DNA of 64,000 nucleotides from Candidatus Zixiibacteriota bacterium (lineage in GTDB: Bacteria > Zixibacteria > MSB-5A5 > GN15 > FEB-12): NCBI GenBank assembly GCA_041742355.1, contig JBGSIV010000214.1, positions 8,409-72,408 of the forward strand, read 5' to 3'. Numbering within the stretch: position 1 is the first letter of the stretch; every line of letters begins with the position of its first letter. Shown piece after piece: positions 31,597 to 40,817 of the stretch. The position numbers and the translations under genes are program-made. Below the pieces are notes generated by a model that worked only from the letters and a program-made list of their open reading frames with translations, searched no databases and was not told where the DNA came from.

Positions 31597-32534
31597 TGGC
31601 CTACCTCGACTACACATCGTTCGCGGCGTTCCTCGCCCGCCATGCCGCCGTACTCCCGGCGGTTTCCGAACGGCTGGTCGGTGTCTACCGGAGACATGAC
31701 TCCGGCTACTGTGCCATCACGCGCTTCTTTGCGTCGGGCGGAATCGATCCTCGCCGGGTCGCCCTTCGCTATCGTCCGGATCCGTTTGTTTTCGACGATT
31801 CCGTGATTGAGTCCTATGCCCGCAATATCGAATCGGAACTGCGTGCCGCCGGGCGTTTGTATGTCGGCCCGATGGCGACAGCAGTCGTGGAGGAGTATTT
31901 CAGCACACTGTCGCCGCAGCTGCTCCTGCAGCCGTGCGACTACGGGCTCTTTGCCGGATCCTGTTTTGCGCTGGATCATCCCGATCCCGTTTTCGGTGAC
32001 AGCGCTACTCTGCGCGAGTACGCCCACCGCTATCGGTCGGTGCTCCCCCAGTGTATGGGGGTGTGCGGCCTGCTGGTAACCACTGAATCAGATGGTTCGC
32101 GTCGGGTGATGGCGGTCAATCGGGCGGGGCATCTAGCGTCGCTGACCCATTCGGTTGGTCCGTCGGCGGCGGGATCGGTTGACTTCCGGGCCGGCTGGAC
32201 CACGCTTCAGGAGCTTATGTACGAGACGATGGCGGCCGAGATCGCCGAAGAACTTGGTCTGGGTGCGCACGAGTACGCGATCACACCGCTCGCGTGCGCG
32301 AGGGAGATGTTCCGCGGCGGCAAGCCGCAGCTCTTCTGCCGTATCGATACGGGGCTCTCTTCCGGAGAGGTTCTCGACCGGCTTGCCGTCCTGACCGGGC
32401 GCCCGGAATTCACTGACAGCTATTTCTTCCCGCTCGATTCGGAGAATCGCATGCTTCCCGACGATTTGGTGCGGCTCAACCACGAGGCGGCGATGAACTG
32501 GTTTTTGGTGGAAGAGCACGCCTCGGGGGCATAA
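31596..32534 (+). CDS. Hypothetical protein with a degenerate Nudix-like box
   Basis: TGATG coupling to EamA; PSAAGSVD...AAEIAEELGL, REMFRGGKPQLF. Confidence 0.65.
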   Translation: MAYLDYTSFAAFLARHAAVLPAVSERLVGVYRRHDSGYCAITRFFASGGIDPRRVALRYRPDPFVFDDSVIESYARNIESELRAAGRLYVGPMATAVVEEYFSTLSPQLLLQPCDYGLFAGSCFALDHPDPVFGDSATLREYAHRYRSVLPQCMGVCGLLVTTESDGSRRVMAVNRAGHLASLTHSVGPSAAGSVDFRAGWTTLQELMYETMAAEIAEELGLGAHEYAITPLACAREMFRGGKPQLFCRIDTGLSSGEVLDRLAVLTGRPEFTDSYFFPLDSENRMLPDDLVRLNHEAAMNWFLVEEHASGA

Positions 32535-32560
32535 AAAAACCCGCCTCGAGCGAGGCGGGT
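32533..32560 (-). terminator. Terminator of the rpoN-hpf unit (possibly bidirectional)
   Basis: ACCCGCCTCG-AG-CGAGGCGGGT with an A-tract on the left. Confidence 0.8.
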
Positions 32561-32594
32561 CTTCGTGGTGCAGATTTGTTGCGTCAGCCGGAAA

Positions 32595-32954
32595 TCACAT
32601 GTCCACTTCATCGACATCGGTCTTGGGGCGGGCGAGGGAAGCTTTGACATCGGCGACCTCTTCCGGCTTGCGGTCTTTGAGCTTTCCCTTGTACTTTTTG
32701 AGCTGGGTCTTGACCTTGTCGACCGCGACATCGATCGCCGTGTACATGTCGTCGGTTTCGCCCCGGCCTGCGATCAGGCTGTTGAACACGTTGACTTTCA
32801 GTTCGGCCACGCGTCGGTGGCGCTCGGCGTCGAGCACCATTTCCGCCGAGACGATGTGGTCGAAGAATCGGGTCAGGCCCTCCATTGATTCTTCGGCCTT
32901 GGCTTTCATCTCGGGGGTGAGATCAAAGTGACGGGCGGTTACCTGTTTCTTCAT
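32595..32954 (-). CDS. hpf: Ribosome hibernation promoting factor (HPF/RaiA)
   Basis: VTARHFDLT, DMYTAIDVAVDKVKTQLKKYK; downstream of rpoN. Confidence 0.92.
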   Translation of the reverse strand: MKKQVTARHFDLTPEMKAKAEESMEGLTRFFDHIVSAEMVLDAERHRRVAELKVNVFNSLIAGRGETDDMYTAIDVAVDKVKTQLKKYKGKLKDRKPEEVADVKASLARPKTDVDEVDM

Positions 32955-33220
32955 GATTGACTCACTCCTTTCCCAACAGGACGTGGCAGTGAATACGGGT
33001 TACGGCTCTGTATATTGAACTCTGTGCACCACAGAGAGAACCGCTCCAGCAGTGGGGTTGGGCCGCTCGGGCCCTCTGTAAGTGATACGGAATAGGGGAC
33101 AGATCGGTTCGAATCCGTGCGGCAGAAGCAGCGTTTGCGCGCTTGCGCGTTTCCATCCGATGGATCTCTTGTTGCATGGCCGCTGCCGCCTCCGCAGCCC
33201 GCGGCCGGTACCCACAGTGC

Positions 33221-34633
33221 CTAGCCCACCCGCTTGCGCAGCCGGGCCGGCTGTAACTTCAGCTCTTCACGATACTTGGTGACGGTCCGCCGGGCAAGCT
33301 TTATCCCCTCCTTATTCAGGATGCGGAATATCTCCTGGTCGGAGTACGGCTTGTCGGCCGGCTCGCCGGCGATGATTTCCTCGATCCGCTGCTTGACCGA
33401 CCGCTTCGAGACGTCGTCACCGTTCTCGCTCGCGATGCCCGAATTGAAGAAGTACTTGATTTCGTACACGCCCAAGGGGGTCTGGACATACTTGCCGTTG
33501 GACACGCGGCTGATGGTCGCCACGTTCATTTCCACCATCTGGGCGATATCTTCCATGATGAGCGGCTTGAGGAATGCCGCGCCGTGTTCGAAGAAGTCAT
33601 GCTGGCGGTCGACGATTGCTTCCATGACCCGGATCATGGTTGTCCGCCGCTGGTTGATGGCGTTCAGGAGCCACCGCGCCTGTTCCAGTTTCTGGCGCAC
33701 GTAGTCGCGGGTTTCCTGGGTTGCGCCCTTGCCGCGCCGCATCAGGCTCTTGTATCCGGAATTGATCTGGAGGCGGGGAATGTGGCTGTCGTTGTGGTAC
33801 ACGAGGAATTCTTCCCCGACCCGGTCGACGATCAGATCCGGGATAACCGGCATAGCCGCCGGATCAAACCGTCCCTGCGCCGGTTTCGGCGACAGCGACC
33901 GGATCATCTCCATGGCCGCCTGTGCTTTCTCTTCCGGCACGTTCATCATTTTGGCCACCTGGTGGATCGATTTGCGGTCGAGCTCGTTGATGTGCTCGTC
34001 GACGATCCGCCAGCCCAGCGTTCCCTCGAGCCCGCGTTCGCGCAACTGGATCATCAGGCATTCCCGAAGATCCCGTGCGGCTACGCCGGTCGGATCGAAG
34101 CGCTGGATCATCTCCAGCACGCGCTCGATCTTCTCGACCTCGGTGTTCAGCTCTTTGGCCATTTCCGGGACGCTGATGGTCAGGTAGCCGTCGGGGGCCA
34201 CGTTGCCGATGATATACTCGCCGATCAACTGCTCTTCCTGGGACAGCTTGAGCAGCATCAACTGTTCGTTCAGGTGGTCGTACAGGTTGGTCGAGGCCGC
34301 CGCGGTTCCCTCGAACCGGTCTTCGTCAGATTCCCGGTGCTCCCGCACCTTGTATCCTTCTTCGTCGTCGAAGAGGTACTCTTCCCAGTCGACTTCCTGC
34401 TTTTCTTCCTTGGTCTCGGGCGTCGCCACCTCGGACTCGGCATCCTGCTCGATTTCCGGCTCCAGCTCGAGCATTTCGATTTCCTCGAGCATGGGGTTCA
34501 TTTCCAGTTCCTGGCGGATTTTCTGTTCGAGCTTGAGCGCCGGCATTTGCAGCATCTGCAGCGACTGGATCAGCTGCGGCGCCATGACGAGGCTGGTCCC
34601 TAACCTTTGACTGAGTCCGATATTGAGCTTCAT
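33221..34633 (-). CDS. rpoN: RNA polymerase sigma-54
   Basis: Gln/Leu-rich region I, ELEMNPMLE, DPTGVAARDLRECL, ARRTVTKYRE RpoN box. Confidence 0.97.
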   Translation of the reverse strand: MKLNIGLSQRLGTSLVMAPQLIQSLQMLQMPALKLEQKIRQELEMNPMLEEIEMLELEPEIEQDAESEVATPETKEEKQEVDWEEYLFDDEEGYKVREHRESDEDRFEGTAAASTNLYDHLNEQLMLLKLSQEEQLIGEYIIGNVAPDGYLTISVPEMAKELNTEVEKIERVLEMIQRFDPTGVAARDLRECLMIQLRERGLEGTLGWRIVDEHINELDRKSIHQVAKMMNVPEEKAQAAMEMIRSLSPKPAQGRFDPAAMPVIPDLIVDRVGEEFLVYHNDSHIPRLQINSGYKSLMRRGKGATQETRDYVRQKLEQARWLLNAINQRRTTMIRVMEAIVDRQHDFFEHGAAFLKPLIMEDIAQMVEMNVATISRVSNGKYVQTPLGVYEIKYFFNSGIASENGDDVSKRSVKQRIEEIIAGEPADKPYSDQEIFRILNKEGIKLARRTVTKYREELKLQPARLRKRVG

Positions 34634-34769
34634 AATTCTTACCTGTCGTCTGGTTCACCCTTGCAGGAACAGCAGTAACGCGCTCCCTGCCAATAGTATC
34701 GGTTCTCTCTCGGCGGGTGTTTACGACGGCGTGCCGGATCGTTCATTTATTACACAGATGAGCCCGGTA

Positions 34770-35519
34770 TCAATTGAGTCGAAACTTCTCTCCCAGATAG
34801 ATCTTCCGTGCTTCCGGATCATTCGCCAGATATTCCGATGTCCCCGCTTTGAGGATCTTTCCATCACACATAATGTACGCCCGGTTGCAGATAGACAGCG
34901 TTTCCCGGACATTGTGGTCGGTGATCAACACGCCCAGACCCCGTTCCACGAGGCGGGCGATGATACTTTGAATATCTTCCACCGCGATCGGGTCGATTCC
35001 GGCGAAGGGCTCGTCCAGGAGCATGAACTTCGGACGGGTGACCATGGCGCGGGTGATTTCGACCCGGCGTCGCTCCCCGCCGGACAGCGTGTACGCTTTG
35101 GCCTTGCGCAGGTGGTTGATGTCCAGTTCGTTGAGCAATTCATCGAGGCGCATCCGGCGCTCCTTGCGCGAGAGCTTCTGGAACTGCAGGATCGCCTGGA
35201 TATTCTCCTCGACCGTCATTTTGCGGAACACCGAGGCTTCCTGCGCCAGGTATCCGATTCCCCGCCGCGCCCGTTTGAACATCGGGTTGCGGCTGATGTC
35301 GGTCCCGCCCAGGTACACTTTTCCGCCATCCGGCCGGATGAATCCGATGATCATGTAAAAGGTCGTGGTCTTGCCCGCGCCGTTGGGGCCGAGCAGGCCG
35401 ACGACTTCGCCGGGGTGTACTTCGATTGACACACCCCGAACCACCGGCCGTTTGCGGTAAAACTTGGTGAGGTTATCAGATGACAGAATCATCGGTGTAT
35501 CCGCTTGCTGAGCTGTCAT
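34770..35519 (-). CDS. lptB: LPS export ABC ATPase
   Basis: [51 protein letters not shown]; precedes rpoN. Confidence 0.95.
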   Translation of the reverse strand: MTAQQADTPMILSSDNLTKFYRKRPVVRGVSIEVHPGEVVGLLGPNGAGKTTTFYMIIGFIRPDGGKVYLGGTDISRNPMFKRARRGIGYLAQEASVFRKMTVEENIQAILQFQKLSRKERRMRLDELLNELDINHLRKAKAYTLSGGERRRVEITRAMVTRPKFMLLDEPFAGIDPIAVEDIQSIIARLVERGLGVLITDHNVRETLSICNRAYIMCDGKILKAGTSEYLANDPEARKIYLGEKFRLN

Positions 35520-35710
35520 GTTGTTAATATATGCCTGTTCAAACGTTTTATCCAGCATAATTTTTGCTAATACAATTCATCGTTTTAAGATTAAGACTGA
35601 AAGGCACTTAATATTTCTACTCCAGAGAGGGTGCGAAAATTCCCGTTATTTCTCCCATTTTTTCAACAATTTTTGGGGGTGATTTGATCGCGGGGGGGGA
35701 AAAGGGGTTG

Positions 35711-36473
35711 ACGGGTTGGTTTCCGCAGGGTCACATCCGCCTCCGGCGGACAAGACCCTGCGGAACGGGGAACTTCCAGGGCGGAGACAAGCCCCGCCCC
35801 TACGCGGGCGCGGAGTGACGCATCGACGAATTGGGTTCGTTTGCGCGGTTTTCCGGTTTCCGTGTGAGTCTTGCCGTCAGGCCGCAAGCGGCCTGACCTA
35901 CATCTAACCTATGCATTGGGTTCGTTTGGTAATCCCGGCATACGGTAGACTCGGCGTGACTGGGGCCCGGCCTCCGCCGGGCTGACAGGAAACAAGCCAG
36001 GGGTGACAGAAGAGGATTCCAAGTCGCCTCCGCGGGAATGACAGGAAAGAAGTCGGGGTGACTCGTAGTGGGCTTTGGCCGCACATTTGCCCTGCCTCTT
36101 CTCTTCTCGACACGTTGCCCCTCCTCTTGCCGGAACCTGGCCTCTCTTGTTGCCGAAATGCGGCATCTCCTGTTGCCGTCACGGTAACTCCCATTCTCGC
36201 TACACTCTATCCTATACTTACTGTGGACCATGGGGCAATCTCCATCAGTTCGCTGTCGATTTTGCGGGGGGGATTCGCGGCCGATGTGGACATCGGCCGC
36301 GCACGGCATGTGGGTATCAGCCGCGCACAGAGCGGGCCGCGCGGTGTTCCGCAGGGTCACACCCTCCCCCTCGCTTCGCTCGGGGTCGGGCAAGACCCTG
36401 CGGAACGAAGAAATCAGCCGTGTCCACCCGCAGGGTCACACGCTCGCTACGCGAGCGCAAGACCCTGCGGAAC
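35711..36473 (-). repeat. Mosaic REP-like repeat island 3
   Basis: E 35721-35766, D 35779-35803, N 35830, C-type 35876-35901, N 35915, G 35966-36062, P 36201-36252, F 36276-36304, E 36346-36406 and 36428-36473. Confidence 0.9.
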
Positions 36474-36507
36474 GAGCAATCGGGCCCGGCGGAGCGGGTT
36501 ACGGTCT

Positions 36508-37503
36508 CTATCTCTTTCGGGCCCGGATGCGAAGCTGGCGAAGGTACATCACGACCTCGTGCCGCGTACAGAAATCCGCCAGTCCCCCCTCGCCCGGTAC
36601 GAGCGGGCGTCTTCCCATCGGTTTGATCCGCACCGGATCGAACCCGAGCTCCTCCAGCACCGGACGGTACCCCGTCTCCATGTGCGGGTAGGTCTGTTTC
36701 AGAATCGCGATCATCTCCGGTGGGCACCTGGGCGTGATCGTATGATCCGGCAGCAACTCGAACGCGTAGAGTGTCCCGCCCGGTCGCAGAACACGGTAGG
36801 CCTCCCGCAAGGCCGAATTCGCCTTTGACTCGATATTGCTGATTCCCCCCATGCTCACCACCGCCGCGACGCTCTCCGAGGCGATCGGCATCTGGGTGGC
36901 GTCGAACTGCGCAAACCCGAGGTTCGGCCACAACGGTCTCCCCGTTTCACCCTGAGTCCTCCTAATGTGACCCTGAGCCCTCTCAATGTCACCCTGAGCG
37001 GAGTCGAAGGGTGACTTCCCCCGCATCCGCCGCGCGAACTTCTGCCACTGCCGCAGCGGCCACAGCCCGATATCATTCATCACGACATGTGCAGCCGGGT
37101 TTACAGCCAGGACCATCGGGGTCGCTCCGCCTCCCGGGCCGACGGCGATTTCGACAATCGGCCCGTTGGTCGCCGCGATTCGGCGGATCCAATCGACGTA
37201 CTTGTCGTACTCGGGCCACTGGTTGACCATGTAGTCGTAGTTGCGCTCAATCAGCTTTTCCGGATCGACCCGGCGCCGGCGGAATATCTCGTCCCGTGTC
37301 GTGTCGTCATCCCAGCCGTTTCCGTCGCCAAGGTGGAACCGGGGGATGCCATTCTCGACCGGGTAGGAGATGTCCCCTTCCTTTGTCCGCAGCACGCCGT
37401 TGGTCCAGCGGCCATCGGGGTCGGACTCGCCGACGTAGCAGAGGCGGCGGTACCCCTCAGGCGTGACAAAGAGTGATTCCAGCGGATCATGCAACTGCTT
37501 CAT
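36508..37503 (-). CDS. Class I SAM methyltransferase with a Trm112-like N-terminus and an in-frame repeat insertion
   Basis: YPVENGIPRF, EIAVGPGGG, FDATQMP, EAYRVLRPGG; GGGAG SD before ATG 37503. Confidence 0.8.
   Translation of the reverse strand: MKQLHDPLESLFVTPEGYRRLCYVGESDPDGRWTNGVLRTKEGDISYPVENGIPRFHLGDGNGWDDDTTRDEIFRRRRVDPEKLIERNYDYMVNQWPEYDKYVDWIRRIAATNGPIVEIAVGPGGGATPMVLAVNPAAHVVMNDIGLWPLRQWQKFARRMRGKSPFDSAQGDIERAQGHIRRTQGETGRPLWPNLGFAQFDATQMPIASESVAAVVSMGGISNIESKANSALREAYRVLRPGGTLYAFELLPDHTITPRCPPEMIAILKQTYPHMETGYRPVLEELGFDPVRIKPMGRRPLVPGEGGLADFCTRHEVVMYLRQLRIRARKR
36945..37015 (+). repeat. TGTC-tagged palindrome plus two degenerate 21-bp tandem copies, inside a CDS
   Basis: TTTCACCCTGAGTCCTCCTAA / TGTGACCCTGAGCCCTCTCAA / TGTCACCCTGAGCGGAGTCGAAGGGTGAC. 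Confidence 0.85.
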
Positions 37504-37671
37504 AAGCTCTCCCATGACGGCTAAATCATAGACCCGCCTCTCTATGACAAAGTAACGCAAAATCACATCCTGCGCAATCGTCAATCTCCGAGCGTTACAA
37601 CCCTTGCCCCTCTTCCTCCCACCCCATATATTCCCCGCAGTGAAATTGAACTGATCCGGAGGAAATGGACC

Positions 37672-39330
37672 ATGAAGCCCCAAACTGTCCGCGCCCCGCG
37701 CGGCACTAAACTCCACTGCAAAGGCTGGCACCAGGAAGCCGCCTTCCGCATGATCCAGAACAACCTCGACCCGGAGGTTGCGGAGAAACCCGACGACCTG
37801 ATTGTCTACGGCGGTCTCGGCAAAGCCGCCCGCAACTGGGACTGTTACGCCGCTATTCTCAAGTCGCTCAAGTCCCTTGAGAACGATGAAACCCTGCTCA
37901 TTCAGTCCGGCAAGCCGGTCGGCATTTTCCGCACCCACGACTACGCCCCCCGCGTCCTCCTGGCCAACTCCAACCTCGTGCCCAAGTGGGCGACCTGGGA
38001 CTATTTCCGCAAGATGGACGAACTCGGGTTGATCATGTATGGCCAGATGACCGCCGGAAGCTGGATCTATATCGGCAGCCAGGGGATTATCCAGGGCACG
38101 TATGAGACGTTTGTTGCCGCCGGGCAGAAGCACTTCAAGGGGAACCTTGCCGGGCGGTGGATTCTCACGGGCGGCATGGGCGGTATGGGTGGCGCCCAGC
38201 CCCTTGCGGCCACGATGGCCGGTGCGTCGATCCTCGTGGTCGAGGTCGACGAGGCCCGGATCGATCGTCGTGTGAAGCAGGGTTTCTGCGATGTGAAAGT
38301 GAATGATCTCGACGACGCCCTGAAGCTGATCGAAAAGCACACGAAGAGCAAGAAGCCGATTTCGATCGGCCTGGTCGCCAACGCCGCGACGGCTTTCGCC
38401 CAGCTCCACCGCATGGGGGTTTACCCGGATATGATCACCGACCAGACCTCGGCTCACGACGAGCTCAACGGCTACATCCCCGAGGGGATGTCACCGTCCG
38501 AGGCGGCCGCGCTGCGCAAGCGCGATCCCAAGGGGTACATGCAGCGTTCGTACAAGGCGATGGTCAAGCACTGCGAGGCGATGGTCCGCTGGCACGAAGA
38601 CGGTGCGGTGGTGTTCGACTACGGCAACAATCTCCGCGGCCAGGCCGAGAAGGGTGGTCTCGACGACGCTTTCGCCTATCCCGGCTTTGTCCCGGCCTAT
38701 GTCCGTCCGCTCTTCTGCGAAGGCAAGGGTCCGTTCCGCTGGGCCGCTCTCTCCGGCAAGCCGGAGGATATCCAGGTCACCGACCAGATTGTCAAGAGGC
38801 TCTTCAAGGAGAACAAGCCGTTGATGCACTGGATCGACATGGCGCAAAAGCGCATTCCGTTCCAGGGGTTGCCGGCTCGGATCTGCTGGCTCGGCTACGG
38901 CGAGCGAGCGCAATTCGGCGAGGTTCTCAACGACTATATCAAGAAGGGGAAGATCAGCGCCCCGGTCGTAATCGGCCGCGACCATCTCGATACGGGCTCG
39001 GTCGCCTCGCCGTACCGTGAGACCGAAGCGATGAAAGACGGCTCCAACGCGATCGCCGACTGGCCGCTTCTGAATGCCCTCCTGAACACCGCTTCCGGCG
39101 CGTCGTGGGTGTCGATCCACCATGGCGGCGGGGTTGGGATGGGCAACGCTATCCACGCGGGGCAGGTGATTGTCGCCGACGGCACGCCGATGATGAAGAA
39201 GCGCCTCGAACGGGTGCTGACCAACGATCCCGGCAGCGGTGTCATGCGCCACGCCGATGCCGGCTACGACGAGGCGATCCGGACGGCGCGGAGGAACAAG
39301 ATCAAGATCCCCATGCCGAGAAAGAGCTAG
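37672..39330 (+). CDS. hutU: Urocanate hydratase
   Basis: [50 protein letters not shown]. Confidence 0.97.
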   Translation: MKPQTVRAPRGTKLHCKGWHQEAAFRMIQNNLDPEVAEKPDDLIVYGGLGKAARNWDCYAAILKSLKSLENDETLLIQSGKPVGIFRTHDYAPRVLLANSNLVPKWATWDYFRKMDELGLIMYGQMTAGSWIYIGSQGIIQGTYETFVAAGQKHFKGNLAGRWILTGGMGGMGGAQPLAATMAGASILVVEVDEARIDRRVKQGFCDVKVNDLDDALKLIEKHTKSKKPISIGLVANAATAFAQLHRMGVYPDMITDQTSAHDELNGYIPEGMSPSEAAALRKRDPKGYMQRSYKAMVKHCEAMVRWHEDGAVVFDYGNNLRGQAEKGGLDDAFAYPGFVPAYVRPLFCEGKGPFRWAALSGKPEDIQVTDQIVKRLFKENKPLMHWIDMAQKRIPFQGLPARICWLGYGERAQFGEVLNDYIKKGKISAPVVIGRDHLDTGSVASPYRETEAMKDGSNAIADWPLLNALLNTASGASWVSIHHGGGVGMGNAIHAGQVIVADGTPMMKKRLERVLTNDPGSGVMRHADAGYDEAIRTARRNKIKIPMPRKS

Positions 39331-39358
39331 CCCGAAGACCGGTGAATCGGGACACTCT

Positions 39359-40804
39359 GTGCACATCGACGACACGACAACTACTTCCCGCCCCCGACGA
39401 ACCGGGGGCGGGATATCTCTGCCTGCATCGGATCGCTGGGCGCTGATAGTGATTGCCCTGTTCGGTCTGCTCCACCTCTACAATATCACCGCTCCCCCCA
39501 ACGGCTACCATGCCTGGCGTGAGTCGGACACCGCTGTGGTCGCTCTCAATTACTTCCAGTTCGATCGGCCGCTGCTGTCGCCCATGACGAACGAACTGCA
39601 TTCGATGGCCGACGGCCTCCGGATGGAGGTCCCGGTCTACTGCTGGCTCTCTGCGTGGGGGTACGAGCTGGTCGGGTTTACGCATGTCGTCCCGCATGTT
39701 GTCACGCTGCTGTTCGGCTGCCTTGGCCTGTTCGCGTTTTACCGCCTGGTGCGCAGCCTGAGCGACGACCAAACCGCTTTGTTCAGCCTGATCGCGCTGG
39801 CGCTCTCGCCGCTGTATTTCTACTACAGTTTCAAGATCATGCCCGACATTACGATGCTCGGCCTGACGTTGTGTGCCGCCTGGCTGTATGTCGCTTCGGT
39901 CGACGGCAGAGACATCTGGCGGTTGATTCTCGCCGCGCTCTGCCTCGGTCTGGCCGCCTCGATCAAACCGTTCGCGCTGGCGATACTCCTGCCGCTCCTG
40001 TGGGTCAGCCTCAGACGCCAACCGGGCCGCGCAAGGTCGCTGGGGAGGTTCGGGCTTTTCGCTCTTATCGCCGCTGCGCCTCCGGTCCTCTGGATGGCGA
40101 CCACGGGCTGGCTCATGGAGCGAACGCCGGTTCTCGGATCGTTTGCGACCTACCTCTTCAGTGAGTTGTTCCTCAAACGCTTCCTGCTCCAGTGGCCGTG
40201 GGATCTCTTTGTCGGGTGGGTGCTCCTCCCGCCGTTTCTGTTCGGGCTCTGGCGCGCAGTCCGGCGTCAGGCGCCGCCGTTCTTCCTCTGGTGGCTTGCG
40301 GCGGGTGCGGTGGTTGTCATTCTCACCGCCCGCTACTCGCGCATTCATGATTACTATTCGCTCATACTCACGCCCGCCCTTGCCGCTCTCACCAGCCTTG
40401 GCTTTGTCCACCTGTGGCGGGCGCGGTACGGGCGGGTGATCGCTGTCGTGCTCATACTTGCCGCGCCTGTCGGCATTGCCCTGCGGGTGAAGGACCGCTT
40501 TGCGCCTGATCCCGCGTACCACGAAATTCGCCGCGCCGCCGAGCAACTTATCCCGGCTGACACGCCGGTGATTGTCGCCGACGATACCCGGGGGGCTGTG
40601 CCGCTCTACCAGTTGAATCGCCGCGGCTGGTGGCTTGACTCGGTTGACGACACGGCGCAGGTTTGGTGGTGTGTCGAGCAGGGGGCGCGGTATCTTGTCC
40701 TCGAGCGGCCATTGGAGCAATCGGCCGCGCCGGTCGCACATTATGTTGAACGCGAGCCCTACCGGCTGGGACCACTGTATGCCTACCGCCTGTCCCGGCC
40801 ATAA
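39359..40804 (+). CDS. GT-C fold membrane glycosyltransferase (ArnT/PMT_2-like)
   Basis: Polytopic; HAWRESDT first loop, E.P.Y, IMPDI, KPF, HDYYS; start uncertain. Confidence 0.8.
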   Translation: MHIDDTTTTSRPRRTGGGISLPASDRWALIVIALFGLLHLYNITAPPNGYHAWRESDTAVVALNYFQFDRPLLSPMTNELHSMADGLRMEVPVYCWLSAWGYELVGFTHVVPHVVTLLFGCLGLFAFYRLVRSLSDDQTALFSLIALALSPLYFYYSFKIMPDITMLGLTLCAAWLYVASVDGRDIWRLILAALCLGLAASIKPFALAILLPLLWVSLRRQPGRARSLGRFGLFALIAAAPPVLWMATTGWLMERTPVLGSFATYLFSELFLKRFLLQWPWDLFVGWVLLPPFLFGLWRAVRRQAPPFFLWWLAAGAVVVILTARYSRIHDYYSLILTPALAALTSLGFVHLWRARYGRVIAVVLILAAPVGIALRVKDRFAPDPAYHEIRRAAEQLIPADTPVIVADDTRGAVPLYQLNRRGWWLDSVDDTAQVWWCVEQGARYLVLERPLEQSAAPVAHYVEREPYRLGPLYAYRLSRP

Positions 40805-40817
40805 GGAGAATTGCCGT

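Noticed and set aside
37504..38457. N-terminal extension of the 649-aa ORF 36508-38457
   Set aside because: Antisense to hutU; the real methyltransferase starts near 37503-37515
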